NCBI GenBank assembly: GCA_036930585.1
Contig: GCA_036930585.1_3066.1
DNA: 64,000 bases
Direction: 5' to 3' (one strand)
DNA from: a phage
The stretch's first letter is position 1; each line of letters begins with the position of its first letter. Of the stretch, positions 18,732-28,792 are shown piece by piece. The position numbers and the translations under genes are program-made. The notes under the pieces are model-generated. The model worked only from the letters and a program-made list of their open reading frames with translations. It was not told the DNA's origin and made no database searches.

Positions 18732-19025
18732 TTATTCGCCTGTGATTTCGGTTACGATATTTTTATTATTGAAGTTTTTATCACAATACAGAACGTAATT
18801 ATACTGCATTACACCACCAGACTTAAGCTGTTTTTGTACTTCAGCTTTCATTTCAGGACGATCACGTTCAACGATATTCATAATATCCGCTTCAATTTGA
18901 GTTTCAACTTCAGTCTGATCTGCAGTCATAGACCATTCGCACAAATCTTTGTCATAACCCGCCATAGCAGGCTGAGCAGCGCAAGAAGATAAAGCAAAAA
19001 TTGCAGCAAAGATAAATTTTTTCAT
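18732..19025 (-). CDS. sp: Spackle (Sp), periplasmic protein with signal peptide, 97 aa
   Basis: MKKFIFAAIFALSSCAAQPAMAGYDKDLCEWSMTADQTE... Confidence 0.85.
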   Translation of the reverse strand: MKKFIFAAIFALSSCAAQPAMAGYDKDLCEWSMTADQTEVETQIEADIMNIVERDRPEMKAEVQKQLKSGGVMQYNYVLYCDKNFNNKNIVTEITGE

Positions 19026-19085
19026 GATAATCTCCTCAGTAGTTTATGTTTATATAGTATCTCAATTTCCAACAAAAGTAAATAG

Positions 19086-19343
19086 TTATTTTAAAACTTC
19101 TGCATAATCACATGTTACAAACTGTTTCTCTAACTTGGCGATTTTACGAAAGTATCTTTTGCATTGACGAATCTGTCGCTTTGTAGGGCGCACAGCAAAC
19201 TTAATAAATTCCACTCGACCAAATGGAGGGCTTTCTTCTGCCGGAATATCTAATACTAATTCCCACGTATCCGCAATAAGCGCTTTGAATTGCGTATTTT
19301 TCCTGACGTTATACGGAGTAGGTTTAAATAAAACAATATGCAT
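19086..19343 (-). CDS. hypothetical protein, 85 aa (61.4 position)
   Basis: ATG at 19343 with GAGGA SD; track TTG start rejected. Confidence 0.55.
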   Translation of the reverse strand: MHIVLFKPTPYNVRKNTQFKALIADTWELVLDIPAEESPPFGRVEFIKFAVRPTKRQIRQCKRYFRKIAKLEKQFVTCDYAEVLK

Positions 19344-19344
19344 A

Positions 19345-19527
19345 TTATCCTCGGCAATCCACTTCACATACCTTCTTGTCATCAATGAAAGCTTTAACTA
19401 GTGCTTTATTAACTTCAGCATATTGAGTAGTAGCCCATTGAACGTCATCTTTCATCATTGTGGTTTCTTTAGTAAACATGCTTTCATTCTTAAACCACCC
19501 CATAAAAACTACCTTTACCAATTCCAT
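19345..19527 (-). CDS. dmd: Dmd (discriminator of mRNA degradation; antitoxin of RnlA/LsoA), 60 aa
   Basis: MELVKVVFMGWFKNESMFTKETTMMKDDVQWATTQYAEVNKALVKAFIDDKKVCEVDCRG. Confidence 0.9.
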   Translation of the reverse strand: MELVKVVFMGWFKNESMFTKETTMMKDDVQWATTQYAEVNKALVKAFIDDKKVCEVDCRG

Positions 19528-19585
19528 AACAATCTCCTCATTTAACCAACAAGACTACTATACCATAGTCTTGTCAGCTTGTAAA

Positions 19586-21013
19586 CTAAAATTTTAATTC
19601 ATTTGCCAAAGCATCTAACTGAGCTCGAGTGGATTCATTTCTTTGATAGCGATTCTGTTCAGCCTGAATCTGTTGTGAACCTGCTACTTCACTCACTTCG
19701 GTTGGAGTAGAATCTTGTTCAATTTCTACCCATTTTTGATTTCCTTTTTGAACACCCATCAAAAACTTATTCCACTTATTCTTATCACCATATCGTGATT
19801 TGATTTGCTTAATGAGTTGCTGTTCAGCAGCTGCTAGCTCCTCTGTTTCAATGACCGCAAGCATAAAATCAGCTGTCGCAGGAAGTCCGGCAGACTCTGC
19901 AATATCGCTCATGTTAACATCAGAAGAATCCCAAGCTTGTTTACCAACCTGTGCCGCAGTCCAAAGAACAGTTTCTGTTTCAACAGCCAAAGCACGCAAT
20001 TCCTCTGCAATAGCTTTAACAGTTGTGTAACTGTTTTCTGAATAAACTCTGATGCGACAAGATTTACAAATACCTAGATAGTCGACAATAATGATTGTTG
20101 GAACAAAATTCTTCTTGAGCTTCAATTCGTTTAAAAGTGATCGAAATGTATTAGCATCTGCTCCACCAGTAGGATACTGTTTAACGATTAAACGGCCGAG
20201 AGTAGATTTCTCACGCCATTTTTCCATTTTTCCTTTATATTCAGCGTAAGAAATATGCCCATCATCAATGTCATCAAGAGAAACATCAAGCATGTTAGCG
20301 TCAATACGCTTAGCACAGACTTCTTCTGCCATTTCCATGGAGATATAAAGAACGTTATGACCAAGCTGTAAATAATCCGCTGCTAATGAACAAAGTCCTA
20401 ATGATTTACCAACGTTAACACCAGCCATTAAAACGTTCAGTGTTCCAGTCTCAGCTCCGCCTTTAGTAATTTTGTTTAGAATTCTGAGTTTAAATGGAAC
20501 CTTACGAGCTTTATTCATATAAGATAGCCAACGTGCTTCGTAGTCATCCATCCAATCATGACCAACGTAGCTATCAAATGAAATTGATAATGCTTGACGC
20601 ATGATATCAGGAATAGCACCTACATCTGGCATTTTCTTATTTCGTTTTTCCGGAGGAAGCTCAGCATTGGTTTGAATTTCGATTATTTTAGACGTAGCAT
20701 TAAACATCGCCCTTTGCTGAACATATTTTTCTGTTTCTTTTATTAACCAGCTGTGGTCTTCCGGAGAATCAACTAGTTTTGAAATAAGTGTTTTTACACC
20801 AGAATATTCTGTTTCAGTAAATGAACTATTTTCTAATGCAACATTTAACGCATTAATAGATGGAACGCTATGGTACTCATTAACATGAGATTTAATTAAT
20901 TTGAATGTATTTTTAGCTGGACCACTTTCAAAATATTCTGAATCCATATATGGCCAAACTTTTGAAAAATAAGCTTGATCAAATATGAGATGAGAAAGAA
21001 TAATTTCTACCAC
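19586..21013 (-). CDS. 41: replicative DNA helicase gp41 (DnaB family), 475 aa, GTG start
   Basis: MVEIILSHLIFDQAYFSKVWPYMDSEYFESGP...; Walker A GVNVGKS. Confidence 0.95.
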   Translation of the reverse strand: MVEIILSHLIFDQAYFSKVWPYMDSEYFESGPAKNTFKLIKSHVNEYHSVPSINALNVALENSSFTETEYSGVKTLISKLVDSPEDHSWLIKETEKYVQQRAMFNATSKIIEIQTNAELPPEKRNKKMPDVGAIPDIMRQALSISFDSYVGHDWMDDYEARWLSYMNKARKVPFKLRILNKITKGGAETGTLNVLMAGVNVGKSLGLCSLAADYLQLGHNVLYISMEMAEEVCAKRIDANMLDVSLDDIDDGHISYAEYKGKMEKWREKSTLGRLIVKQYPTGGADANTFRSLLNELKLKKNFVPTIIIVDYLGICKSCRIRVYSENSYTTVKAIAEELRALAVETETVLWTAAQVGKQAWDSSDVNMSDIAESAGLPATADFMLAVIETEELAAAEQQLIKQIKSRYGDKNKWNKFLMGVQKGNQKWVEIEQDSTPTEVSEVAGSQQIQAEQNRYQRNESTRAQLDALANELKF

Positions 21014-21022
21014 ACTTACTCC

Positions 21023-21367
21023 TTAAAAGAATTTAAATTTTTTCTTTGACCTTTTATTAAATGCATCTTGCAGTTGCATTGTAATACATTTTTCTACATG
21101 AGGAGCTAACTCAGCTTTTCTTTCTTGGTCAAGAACAGCAAAGTCCATTACGACTTTTCCATCAACCCAATCTAATTTTGTCACATACACAATGTGTGTA
21201 GAACCATCTTCTAGTTTAATGACAATCTCCTGGATAACATTTTCCATAGCGGATTTAATTATCTTAAGAGATTCATTAAAAAGACGTTCTTTTCTTTCTT
21301 CTTCCCCCTCCGAAGAGGGGGATTCATCGATAATTTCTAGATCTAAGTCTAAATCATCTTTATTCAT
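21023..21367 (-). CDS. 40: gp40 head vertex assembly chaperone, 114 aa
   Basis: ATG at 21367 (MNKDDLDLDLEIIDESPSSEGEEERKER...) 2 nt after uvsX stop. Confidence 0.7.
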   Translation of the reverse strand: MNKDDLDLDLEIIDESPSSEGEEERKERLFNESLKIIKSAMENVIQEIVIKLEDGSTHIVYVTKLDWVDGKVVMDFAVLDQERKAELAPHVEKCITMQLQDAFNKRSKKKFKFF

Positions 21368-22535
21368 TAAATTCTTCCATATCACTTAACTGCTCGAGGT
21401 CAGTTTCTAAATCAGCAGCTGATTTACTTTTACTTTCTGGAGATTTAAATTTTTCAACCTTTGAGTTAATCAATTCATCAACTTCAGCTTCAACAATTTC
21501 ATTACTATCAATAGCACCTAACTGATAAGCACGTTTAATAGCATCTCGGAATGGTTGATGCTTAAATAAAGGACCCCAGAATGTAGTGCAGTTAGTATCT
21601 TTTGCACGCCAAGATTTTTCTTCGCGAATCATCTCGCCGGTTTCTTCGTCAAGAAATTCACGAGCATACCAACCATTCTTAGGTTTTACTACAAATCCTA
21701 ATTCTAGAGCCATATCTAACAATCCAGAATAAGGATCGATACCACCGTCAAATTTAACATCAATAAAGAATTTACTTTTTTCTTTAACGGTACGAGATTT
21801 TTCTACATTTAGAACAAATTGATACCCCTGAAGATCAGAACCATCTTTAATCTGACGTTTACCGATAATGAATACAGTATCAGCCGAATACATCGGTCCA
21901 GTACCACCTCCCATAACTGTTTTACTAAACATTTCTTGTGTTTCGTATGTATGGTTAATAGCAATACATGGAATATTTTTAGTACTAAAATAGGGAGTTA
22001 CGATACGAAATAAGCTTTTCATTGTTTTAGCTCTAGTCATATCACTAACAACTTTTTCATTTAAAGCATCTTCAGTTTCTTTCTTAGAAGCTAAGTTACC
22101 AAGTGAATCGATAAAAACGACTACCTTTTCGCCGCGTTCAATTGCATCCAATTGATTAACCATGTCAATACGTAATTGCTCAAGTGATTGAACCGGAGTA
22201 TGAATTACTCGTTCTGGATCGACTCCCATAGACCGCAAATAAGCAGGAGTAATACCAAATTCACTATCATAAAACAAACATACTGCATCAGGATATTGAC
22301 GCATGTAAGATGACACCATTGTTAATCCAAAGTTTGATTTAAATGATTTCGATGGACCTGCCAAAATTAACAGACCAGATTGCATACCACCAGTAATTTC
22401 ACCAGAAAGTGCAATATTCATCATAGGAATTTTTGTTCGAACTACATCTTTTTCATTAAAGAATTTAGATGCTGTTAATTCTGCAGTCAATTTAGAAGTA
22501 GAAGCTTTAATCAAACGAGATTTTAAATCAGACAT
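21360..22535 (-). CDS. uvsX: UvsX recombinase (RecA/Rad51 family), 391 aa
   Basis: MSDLKSRLIKASTSKLTAELTASKFFNEKDVVRTKIPMMNIALSGE... Confidence 0.95.
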   Translation of the reverse strand: MSDLKSRLIKASTSKLTAELTASKFFNEKDVVRTKIPMMNIALSGEITGGMQSGLLILAGPSKSFKSNFGLTMVSSYMRQYPDAVCLFYDSEFGITPAYLRSMGVDPERVIHTPVQSLEQLRIDMVNQLDAIERGEKVVVFIDSLGNLASKKETEDALNEKVVSDMTRAKTMKSLFRIVTPYFSTKNIPCIAINHTYETQEMFSKTVMGGGTGPMYSADTVFIIGKRQIKDGSDLQGYQFVLNVEKSRTVKEKSKFFIDVKFDGGIDPYSGLLDMALELGFVVKPKNGWYAREFLDEETGEMIREEKSWRAKDTNCTTFWGPLFKHQPFRDAIKRAYQLGAIDSNEIVEAEVDELINSKVEKFKSPESKSKSAADLETDLEQLSDMEEFNE

Positions 22536-22543
22536 ATAATACC

Positions 22544-23209
22544 TTATAGTAGTGTTCTTGTTCCACGAAATACTTCGAGCATTCTTGCATAAGATTTATT
22601 TGGAAATCCAGCTTCAATTGCTAATTTTTTAAGCTTAATAGCACCGGGTTTTCCAGAGTTTTCCCATATTTCTTTAATCTTTTCAATGTTATCCCACATT
22701 ATTGGGTCACGTTTATGTGATGGTTTATTTCTATTATAACCATATGGATTATTAAGCAAAGCTTCTTTTCGTTTTGCTTTAGTTTCTTCTGACTGCTTTT
22801 TGCCTAGCTGGGCTTTCCGGCAAACATCACTAAATCCAAGATGTTTTGGTTTTCCTTTTTGAGCTTTTGAAATTTTTTCTTTGGTTTCTGATGAAACTCT
22901 ATAACCAATTCTTCTACCACCCTCTCCACCAATTTTTAAATTATAAGTCATAGGATCATTTACCACATCTATTGTTACTAATTCTCTTTCAGCATCACGG
23001 GCTGATTTAAAATCTTTATAAAACCCAAGAATGCTTAAATTAAAATTTTTCTTACCATACTTTTTCTTGGCTTGTGCTAATAAAGTTCCTGATCCCATAT
23101 AACCATCATTTAAATCATCGGTTGAATGAGTTCCATAGTAAATTTTATTATTAACTAAATTAGTTATAACATAAGTATAATTATATTTCTTTTCTTTATG
23201 TCTTTTCAT
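22544..23209 (-). CDS. segA: GIY-YIG homing endonuclease SegA, 221 aa
   Basis: MKRHKEKKYNYTYVITNLVNNKIYYGTHS... GIY-YIG motif; located between uvsX and the glucosyltransferase locus as in T4. Confidence 0.85.
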   Translation of the reverse strand: MKRHKEKKYNYTYVITNLVNNKIYYGTHSTDDLNDGYMGSGTLLAQAKKKYGKKNFNLSILGFYKDFKSARDAERELVTIDVVNDPMTYNLKIGGEGGRRIGYRVSSETKEKISKAQKGKPKHLGFSDVCRKAQLGKKQSEETKAKRKEALLNNPYGYNRNKPSHKRDPIMWDNIEKIKEIWENSGKPGAIKLKKLAIEAGFPNKSYARMLEVFRGTRTLL

Positions 23210-23213
23210 GTCA

Positions 23214-24062
23214 TTAATCAACTGCTATTGGATGAATAGCATTAAACTTATGAAATGCTTCTGATTTTTCTTTACGCGAAACACACATGCGAAGAACCTT
23301 TAATGGTTCGTCTTCTTCACCCAACGATTTTCGTTTTTCAATATTAGAAGTTTTCCAACGAGCTTGCTCTGGAAACTCTCTATTGATTTGCTCAAGCGCT
23401 CTATTATGTTTAGAATTACTACGAATTGAACTACACCCGCCAGGAGCTTGTGCTTTTCCAGATACAACCAGATATTTGAACAAGGCCAAATGCGGATAAC
23501 CTTGATTAATTAAATTGAGAAATGCATACATATCTTCGCACAAATCAATTTTTCCATACCCAATTTGTTCTGTCGTAAGTTTTCCGAGGTCATACCATGT
23601 ATTCGTGAATCCATATGAATTTTCACGATAATTACCCCAAGATGAAGTAATTTTAAAAATAGGTAGGCGAGCATGACCGTGATAATACCCGCAATCCATG
23701 GCATCTTCGACGTATTGAATCAATTCATAGAACTGTTCATGAGTCAATTGATTGACTTTATCTACACAGCGACGATCATCTTTCTTTCGCATTGAACTCA
23801 TACGAATAGTAGTATCATCGTCAATCATCCAGATTCGTTGACCTGCATACATATCAGTAATCGCTTTACGAGTACCAGCAATTCCATTAACATCATCAGG
23901 AATAGTTATAATTTTAGCTCTAGAGCCATAAGCGTCATAATAAGCTTTTTCTTCGTGTTCACGTACTACAATATGTGGTTCATAATCAGTCGGAAACATA
24001 TCAAGGGCAGAAACTGCCCCTACGCGTTGATAACTTGGAATTACGAATTGAATCATTTCCAT
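23214..24062 (-). CDS. GT-A fold glycosyltransferase (DxD), 282 aa, at the locus occupied by beta-glucosyltransferase in T4; candidate beta-glucosyl-HMC alpha-glucosyltransferase (T2/T6 type)
   Basis: N-terminal VIPSYQR and MIDDDTT (DxD) motifs; no resemblance to T4 Bgt (GT-B); locus between segA and 42. Confidence 0.65.
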   Translation of the reverse strand: MEMIQFVIPSYQRVGAVSALDMFPTDYEPHIVVREHEEKAYYDAYGSRAKIITIPDDVNGIAGTRKAITDMYAGQRIWMIDDDTTIRMSSMRKKDDRRCVDKVNQLTHEQFYELIQYVEDAMDCGYYHGHARLPIFKITSSWGNYRENSYGFTNTWYDLGKLTTEQIGYGKIDLCEDMYAFLNLINQGYPHLALFKYLVVSGKAQAPGGCSSIRSNSKHNRALEQINREFPEQARWKTSNIEKRKSLGEEDEPLKVLRMCVSRKEKSEAFHKFNAIHPIAVD

Positions 24063-24793
24063 TCACCGTTATAATCTTTTTTCGCAATATGAGTTTCACC
24101 AGTGTTCCACCAATGGTCAACTAAATAAAACTGATTTTCGTACACATGAAGACTTCCAACGTTCCATATAATAGAACCTGCTTTATATTGCCGCGATGGG
24201 TCGCCTGCATTCAAATCAGATACTAATTTATCTAGTACGTATTTTTGCCAAGCATAATCATTACGATAGCCTGCCCAGCAATCATTGCTTCTCATGCTAA
24301 CAACCGCATTGACTTTCTTATCACGAATCAGGTACTGTACTGTATTAGTACACATGAAATCTGACATACCATCTTTATTGTAGTCAAATTGCATGGATGG
24401 ACGAGTATAAATCATGATACCACGTCGAGAATCAGGATTTTGACCAAGTTCAGCTAAACACATATCATACTGGGCATAGTTATCTTCTGACCAAATAGCC
24501 CAACCATAATTCGAGTTAATTTCGCCTTTAGAAGATGCTACCTGCTGCCAAATCTTTGGTGTTTCACCTGGAATATCTTTAACAAACAAACTCTTAGATT
24601 TATACCATTCAAGTTCACGCTGAATGTATTCATCATTAAGAGCGCCAAAAATAAACGGTTCATCTGCTATAAATGATGCGCCAATAATTTCAATAGTTTT
24701 AACGCCAGTTTTATCAACTACGAAATCTTTTTCCTTTAATGCAAGCCCCAAATGAAGACGGATTTCTTCAACTGTCATAGAGTCACTAATCAT
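24053..24793 (-). CDS. 42: dCMP hydroxymethylase gp42, 246 aa
   Basis: MISDSMTVEEIRLHLGLALKEKDFVVDKTGVKTIEIIGASF... Confidence 0.95.
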   Translation of the reverse strand: MISDSMTVEEIRLHLGLALKEKDFVVDKTGVKTIEIIGASFIADEPFIFGALNDEYIQRELEWYKSKSLFVKDIPGETPKIWQQVASSKGEINSNYGWAIWSEDNYAQYDMCLAELGQNPDSRRGIMIYTRPSMQFDYNKDGMSDFMCTNTVQYLIRDKKVNAVVSMRSNDCWAGYRNDYAWQKYVLDKLVSDLNAGDPSRQYKAGSIIWNVGSLHVYENQFYLVDHWWNTGETHIAKKDYNGEWK

Positions 24794-24800
24794 TTAAACC

Positions 24801-24950
24801 TCAATTGATACATTCATATTTAACTTGTAACAGTAATAAACCCCACCCTATGATAAAAGTTGGAATCATAAGAGGAACCGTTACACTATAGTATATACTT
24901 ATTATAATCATCAAGATTAAAAGCAACACTGTTATAATTTTGCTTTTCAT
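24801..24950 (-). CDS. small membrane protein, 49 aa (imm.1 position; not in ORF track)
   Basis: MKSKIITVLLLILMIIISIYYSVTVPLMIPTFIIGWGLLLLQVKYECIN; ATGA overlap with imm stop. Confidence 0.5.
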   Translation of the reverse strand: MKSKIITVLLLILMIIISIYYSVTVPLMIPTFIIGWGLLLLQVKYECIN

Positions 24951-25198
24951 TCCTTCTCTCTGATGATAATTACCTGATTTGGCTGTGCAGACTTTTTAGT
25001 TTCACCCGCAATTGACCAAATAAATGTAATAAACCAACCAATAATTGACCAGTTAAACAGTAAAGATGTGAAAAAGATTCCTACTGTCGATTTTGACCCA
25101 CGCATCAAGGCAATGAACCATGGAAGCATGTATATAATAATAGCCAACACACCTGAAACTAAAACCATAAAAATTGAACCTGCTACTAAAGTTTCCAT
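24947..25198 (-). CDS. imm: superinfection immunity protein Imm, 83 aa
   Basis: METLVAGSIFMVLVSGVLAIIIYMLPWFIALMRGSKSTVGIFFTSLLFNWSIIGWFITFIWSIAGETKKSAQPNQVIIIREKE. Confidence 0.9.
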   Translation of the reverse strand: METLVAGSIFMVLVSGVLAIIIYMLPWFIALMRGSKSTVGIFFTSLLFNWSIIGWFITFIWSIAGETKKSAQPNQVIIIREKE

Positions 25199-25205
25199 GT
25201 TTTCC

Positions 25206-25586
25206 TCACTTAGTCAAATTTTTTACACATGAATTATAAGAATTCACTACATACTCCATCGGAGCATTTTTACCAGTACGCCATTGGTAATTATTAGCCC
25301 AATTAGCCCAAAGCTCGGCGCAGTAGTTTTCAATTTTTTCTTCGCGTGTAATTACATCTGAATTACGATATGCTTGAGCAGATTCATCTGGACGAATAGC
25401 TTCGTCAAAATTCGCCTGCATTTGTTCTACTGTTTGCTTTGGAGCTTCTTTATAACACTTGACATTAGGATTATAAAACTTGCTTGAACAGTTTACAATT
25501 TTTCCTGCATCAGACTGATTTACTACCGGTCCTTGAGCTACACAACCAGTAAGACCTAATGCAATAACCAAAATAGCGATTTTCAT
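25206..25586 (-). CDS. putative lipoprotein, 126 aa
   Basis: MKIAILVIALGLTGC lipobox signal peptide. Confidence 0.6.
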   Translation of the reverse strand: MKIAILVIALGLTGCVAQGPVVNQSDAGKIVNCSSKFYNPNVKCYKEAPKQTVEQMQANFDEAIRPDESAQAYRNSDVITREEKIENYCAELWANWANNYQWRTGKNAPMEYVVNSYNSCVKNLTK

Positions 25587-25596
25587 AATAATTTCC

Positions 25597-25833
25597 TCAA
25601 ATGCAAGTAGTAATTACTCCAGTAGTGCTTATGCAGGTATTACCCATTTGCACACCTAAAGATCCATTTGTATTCACATGAAGATTATCATCAATTTTAA
25701 CTGATATTTTACCATTAGTGTGAATAACGGTGCTAGATTCAATCACAGGTTGAGTATCATTTTCAACACTAACAAATGGAACTGCTGCTAATGCAACTAA
25801 ACAAACTGCTAAGCATCCCATAACAATTTTCAT
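25597..25833 (-). CDS. small secreted/membrane protein, 78 aa
   Basis: ATG at 25833 (MKIVMGCLAVCLVALAAVPF...); track TTG rejected. Confidence 0.5.
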   Translation of the reverse strand: MKIVMGCLAVCLVALAAVPFVSVENDTQPVIESSTVIHTNGKISVKIDDNLHVNTNGSLGVQMGNTCISTTGVITTCI

Positions 25834-25870
25834 TTCATTCTCCAAATCCGTATCAGTAGTTGATAGTTGT

Positions 25871-25900
25871 ATAGTACCATAGAAGAACAGGGATGTAAAC
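25871..25900 (-). promoter_or_regulatory. early promoter (GTTTAC-18-TACTAT)
   Basis: minus strand GTTTACatccctgttcttctatggTACTAT. Confidence 0.5.
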
Positions 25901-25987
25901 AGTTTTGTGAAAAAATTTTTAGGGAATCCAAAGGGTCCAGAATCATCTCTTTTTCATAAGTATAGATTTATATTACTTGTATGAAAA

Positions 25988-26005
25988 AGGGACCTGGAGG
26001 TCCCT
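25988..26005 (-). terminator. stem-loop downstream of gene 43
   Basis: gggacctggaggtccc. Confidence 0.45.
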
Positions 26006-26017
26006 AGATTTATTCTA

Positions 26018-28714
26018 TCAGCCAAACAGGAAGTCTAACGAAGCTTTTTCTTCATAGTCCATACCTGCCGATTCACACATACCCGCAAGCGGTTTAACAA
26101 ACGATTTTTGGAACAAAGTTGAGTGGTCAATCCAAGATAGCACATCAGAACGAATTTCTTTTGGAAGTTCTGTACCCGATGGCCAAGCAATGCACTTGTC
26201 ACCAAATGGATTTCCTTCACGTAATGGAAGAACCATTACTTTATTTCCATCCAAAATTGGAGCTACACCCAGACCACTAACAGCTCGACGATAAGTTAGC
26301 ACACCGCGAATATGGAACGGGCATTTAAATCCTGGCCAACCTTTATCATCATATTTCGCTATATCGTTCGCAGTTTTTACTTCAGCAATAACTTTATAGT
26401 CAAGTTGACGATATTCTTTCTCGAAGTTCTTGTAGTATTCTTGGACAGACTCTTCACCTTCTTGAAGAATACGACGAATACTTTCTTCGAGAGCTTCTTG
26501 CACTGCTTTTGGTGTTGAACTCTGCTGAGTTTCCATACCCATGATTTTTAGATGCGGTTCAGCAAATCGTTTATCTTCCATATCATAAACGTTCAGAGCA
26601 TAACGCTTTTTCGCTTTCCAAAATCCACCAACACCCTTTGAACCAAGTGGAGGGCAAGAAATAGCTTCACGGTCCATATGCATCAGATGCTCGCGGTTAT
26701 TCATATAATCACATAACTCACGATATGCAGCATCAATCATAGGTTCCATCTTTTTCTTACCGAACTGATTCATGAATTCAACTAAATCGTTCTGCTCTTT
26801 GAATCGGTCAAGACCAACTTTTTCAATAACTTTATCTACACAAACATATACCGAATCAGTATCACCTGCTGCGATGAAATCTTCACCATTAGTTCCGCAT
26901 ACTTTATTCAGATATTCATTAATTTTACGAGCAATCCACTGAATACCAACTTGGCCGAAAATTGTGATAGCAGTAGCATTTCGCAAATCATAGTAACGGA
27001 AATGAATATTACCAAGAGCACCGTAAAGACTGTTAATAAGAATTTTACGGTTCAGCTGATTTGTGTTAGCAAGTGTAGCTGCTTTTTCACATTCTTCAAT
27101 CAAACTATTGAGAACAGATTCGGTGTAATTCGATAGTTCATTTAAGAAATCATCACTGAACTTAACATATCGTTCAACTTCAGGTTTAGTTGAACAAGAC
27201 CCTGCGCCTTTCATAATAATCTTTTTGATAGCTTCGGCATTCATTTCTTCAGCGAACATTTTCTTTTTCCAGTCTTTACGCTGGAAAAATACTTTAGCGA
27301 TTTCCTTTGGAATGATACCTTCTTGATGCTTATCATACATCCATCCATTCGGAGAACAAGAATATTCATCACTTGGTTTAGGAGCTGTTCCTGCGATATA
27401 TTCATGAATTGGATGAACTTTAAACTGACCACGAATAGTCTCAGGACTAATGTTAACCTGACGAATAATGCTCGGATACAGAGACGTCAAGTCAAAACTC
27501 ATAATATATCGACGAGCAATTGGTTTAGGTTCAAATACGAATGCACCCGGAAAACTCTGTTTAACGTGCGAACCTTGTTGAGGAATAACCTTATGTTCAC
27601 CTTTCAATGAGTTAAAAATAATAGCATCCCAAGTTTTAATAGGACTCATTACACCAGAAAAAGGCATTTTAGCGTAATAAGACATACTTAAAACTAGATC
27701 GATAAACCCGCGAATTTTATCAATTGCTTGAACTGATTCTACGTCAATGATGTTATAACTAATGTATCGTTGATGATTAGTCTCACGAAGTTTATTAATA
27801 GGACCGTCGTATGGTAATTTACCTTTTTTGGTTTCATGTTGAGCAACTGATTCCAAAGAGAATGACGGCAAATTAGTAAAAGCGAATTTCTTGTACAAAT
27901 CTAAATAATCAAGAATAGATACGCCATCAATAGAATAAATTTCTTTGCTACCGTACACATTTTGAATTAGTTTAGATTTTACCCGACCGATTGGAGAGAA
28001 ACGTTTCATACTACGTTCACCGAGAACCATTTTAACACGATTCATGATATACGGAACGTCAAATCCCTCAATATTCCAACCAGTAAAAATAGCAGGTCGT
28101 TTCTGTTCCCAAAGATTAATATATTCCATGAGCATATCACGCTCATTATCGAATGGCATATAAATTACTCGGTCAAGAATTTCTTGAGGAACTTCATCAC
28201 CACCTTCACAGTCAAGCTTAGCAGCTAACTTTGCATCCCATTTTGATACTGAACCGTACATTGAATTCAAAAGGTCGAAAACATAAAAACGATCATCAAT
28301 TGAATCATAATGAGTAATAGCATCAATTTCATATTCTGCTTTCATTGGGTCAGGAAATTTATCACCAGTAACCTCAATGTCACAGTTAGCTACACGAACA
28401 AATTTTCGGTCATAAACAATTTCTGAACCGTATGTATCACTGATATAAGCGAGTTTAAAATCGTTCATACCAAGAGCTTCGAGACCGATGTCTTCCATTC
28501 GCTTCATCCAATCTTGAGCATCTTTCATTGATGGAAATTTTTGAGGAGCACAGTTTTTACCATAGATGTCTTTGTACTTTGACTCTTCCTTACAATGCCT
28601 AAACATAGTCGGAAGATATTCTACTTCACGAGTACGTTCCTTTCCGTTTTCATCAATATAACGTTCAACAATGTTATTTCCGACTGTTTCGATAGAGATA
28701 TAAAATTCTTTCAT
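26018..28714 (-). CDS. 43: DNA polymerase gp43 (family B), 898 aa
   Basis: MKEFYISIETVGNNIVERYIDENGKERTREVEYLPTMF...; exonuclease and polymerase motifs (YGDTDS). Confidence 0.95.
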   Translation of the reverse strand: MKEFYISIETVGNNIVERYIDENGKERTREVEYLPTMFRHCKEESKYKDIYGKNCAPQKFPSMKDAQDWMKRMEDIGLEALGMNDFKLAYISDTYGSEIVYDRKFVRVANCDIEVTGDKFPDPMKAEYEIDAITHYDSIDDRFYVFDLLNSMYGSVSKWDAKLAAKLDCEGGDEVPQEILDRVIYMPFDNERDMLMEYINLWEQKRPAIFTGWNIEGFDVPYIMNRVKMVLGERSMKRFSPIGRVKSKLIQNVYGSKEIYSIDGVSILDYLDLYKKFAFTNLPSFSLESVAQHETKKGKLPYDGPINKLRETNHQRYISYNIIDVESVQAIDKIRGFIDLVLSMSYYAKMPFSGVMSPIKTWDAIIFNSLKGEHKVIPQQGSHVKQSFPGAFVFEPKPIARRYIMSFDLTSLYPSIIRQVNISPETIRGQFKVHPIHEYIAGTAPKPSDEYSCSPNGWMYDKHQEGIIPKEIAKVFFQRKDWKKKMFAEEMNAEAIKKIIMKGAGSCSTKPEVERYVKFSDDFLNELSNYTESVLNSLIEECEKAATLANTNQLNRKILINSLYGALGNIHFRYYDLRNATAITIFGQVGIQWIARKINEYLNKVCGTNGEDFIAAGDTDSVYVCVDKVIEKVGLDRFKEQNDLVEFMNQFGKKKMEPMIDAAYRELCDYMNNREHLMHMDREAISCPPLGSKGVGGFWKAKKRYALNVYDMEDKRFAEPHLKIMGMETQQSSTPKAVQEALEESIRRILQEGEESVQEYYKNFEKEYRQLDYKVIAEVKTANDIAKYDDKGWPGFKCPFHIRGVLTYRRAVSGLGVAPILDGNKVMVLPLREGNPFGDKCIAWPSGTELPKEIRSDVLSWIDHSTLFQKSFVKPLAGMCESAGMDYEEKASLDFLFG

Positions 28715-28751
28715 AGATATTCCTTAGTTTATAGCCCGAGTTATTAGGCTC
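28715..28751 (-). promoter_or_regulatory. gene 43 translational operator (hairpin AGCC-uaauaacuc-GGGCU plus SD) for autogenous repression by gp43
   Basis: minus strand gAGCCtaataactcGGGCTataaactAAGGAatatctATG. Confidence 0.6.
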
Positions 28752-28772
28752 TTGATATATTATACTCCAATT

Positions 28773-28790
28773 AAGGGGCCGAAGCCCCTT
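28773..28790 (-). terminator. GC-rich stem-loop (aaggggccgaagcccctt)
   Basis: perfect 7-bp stem with GAAG loop. Confidence 0.45.
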
Positions 28791-28792
28791 GC

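Noticed and set aside
26035-26220. Minus-strand 61-aa ORF within gene 43
   Set aside because: Out-of-frame overlap inside the DNA polymerase gene; no independent start signals.
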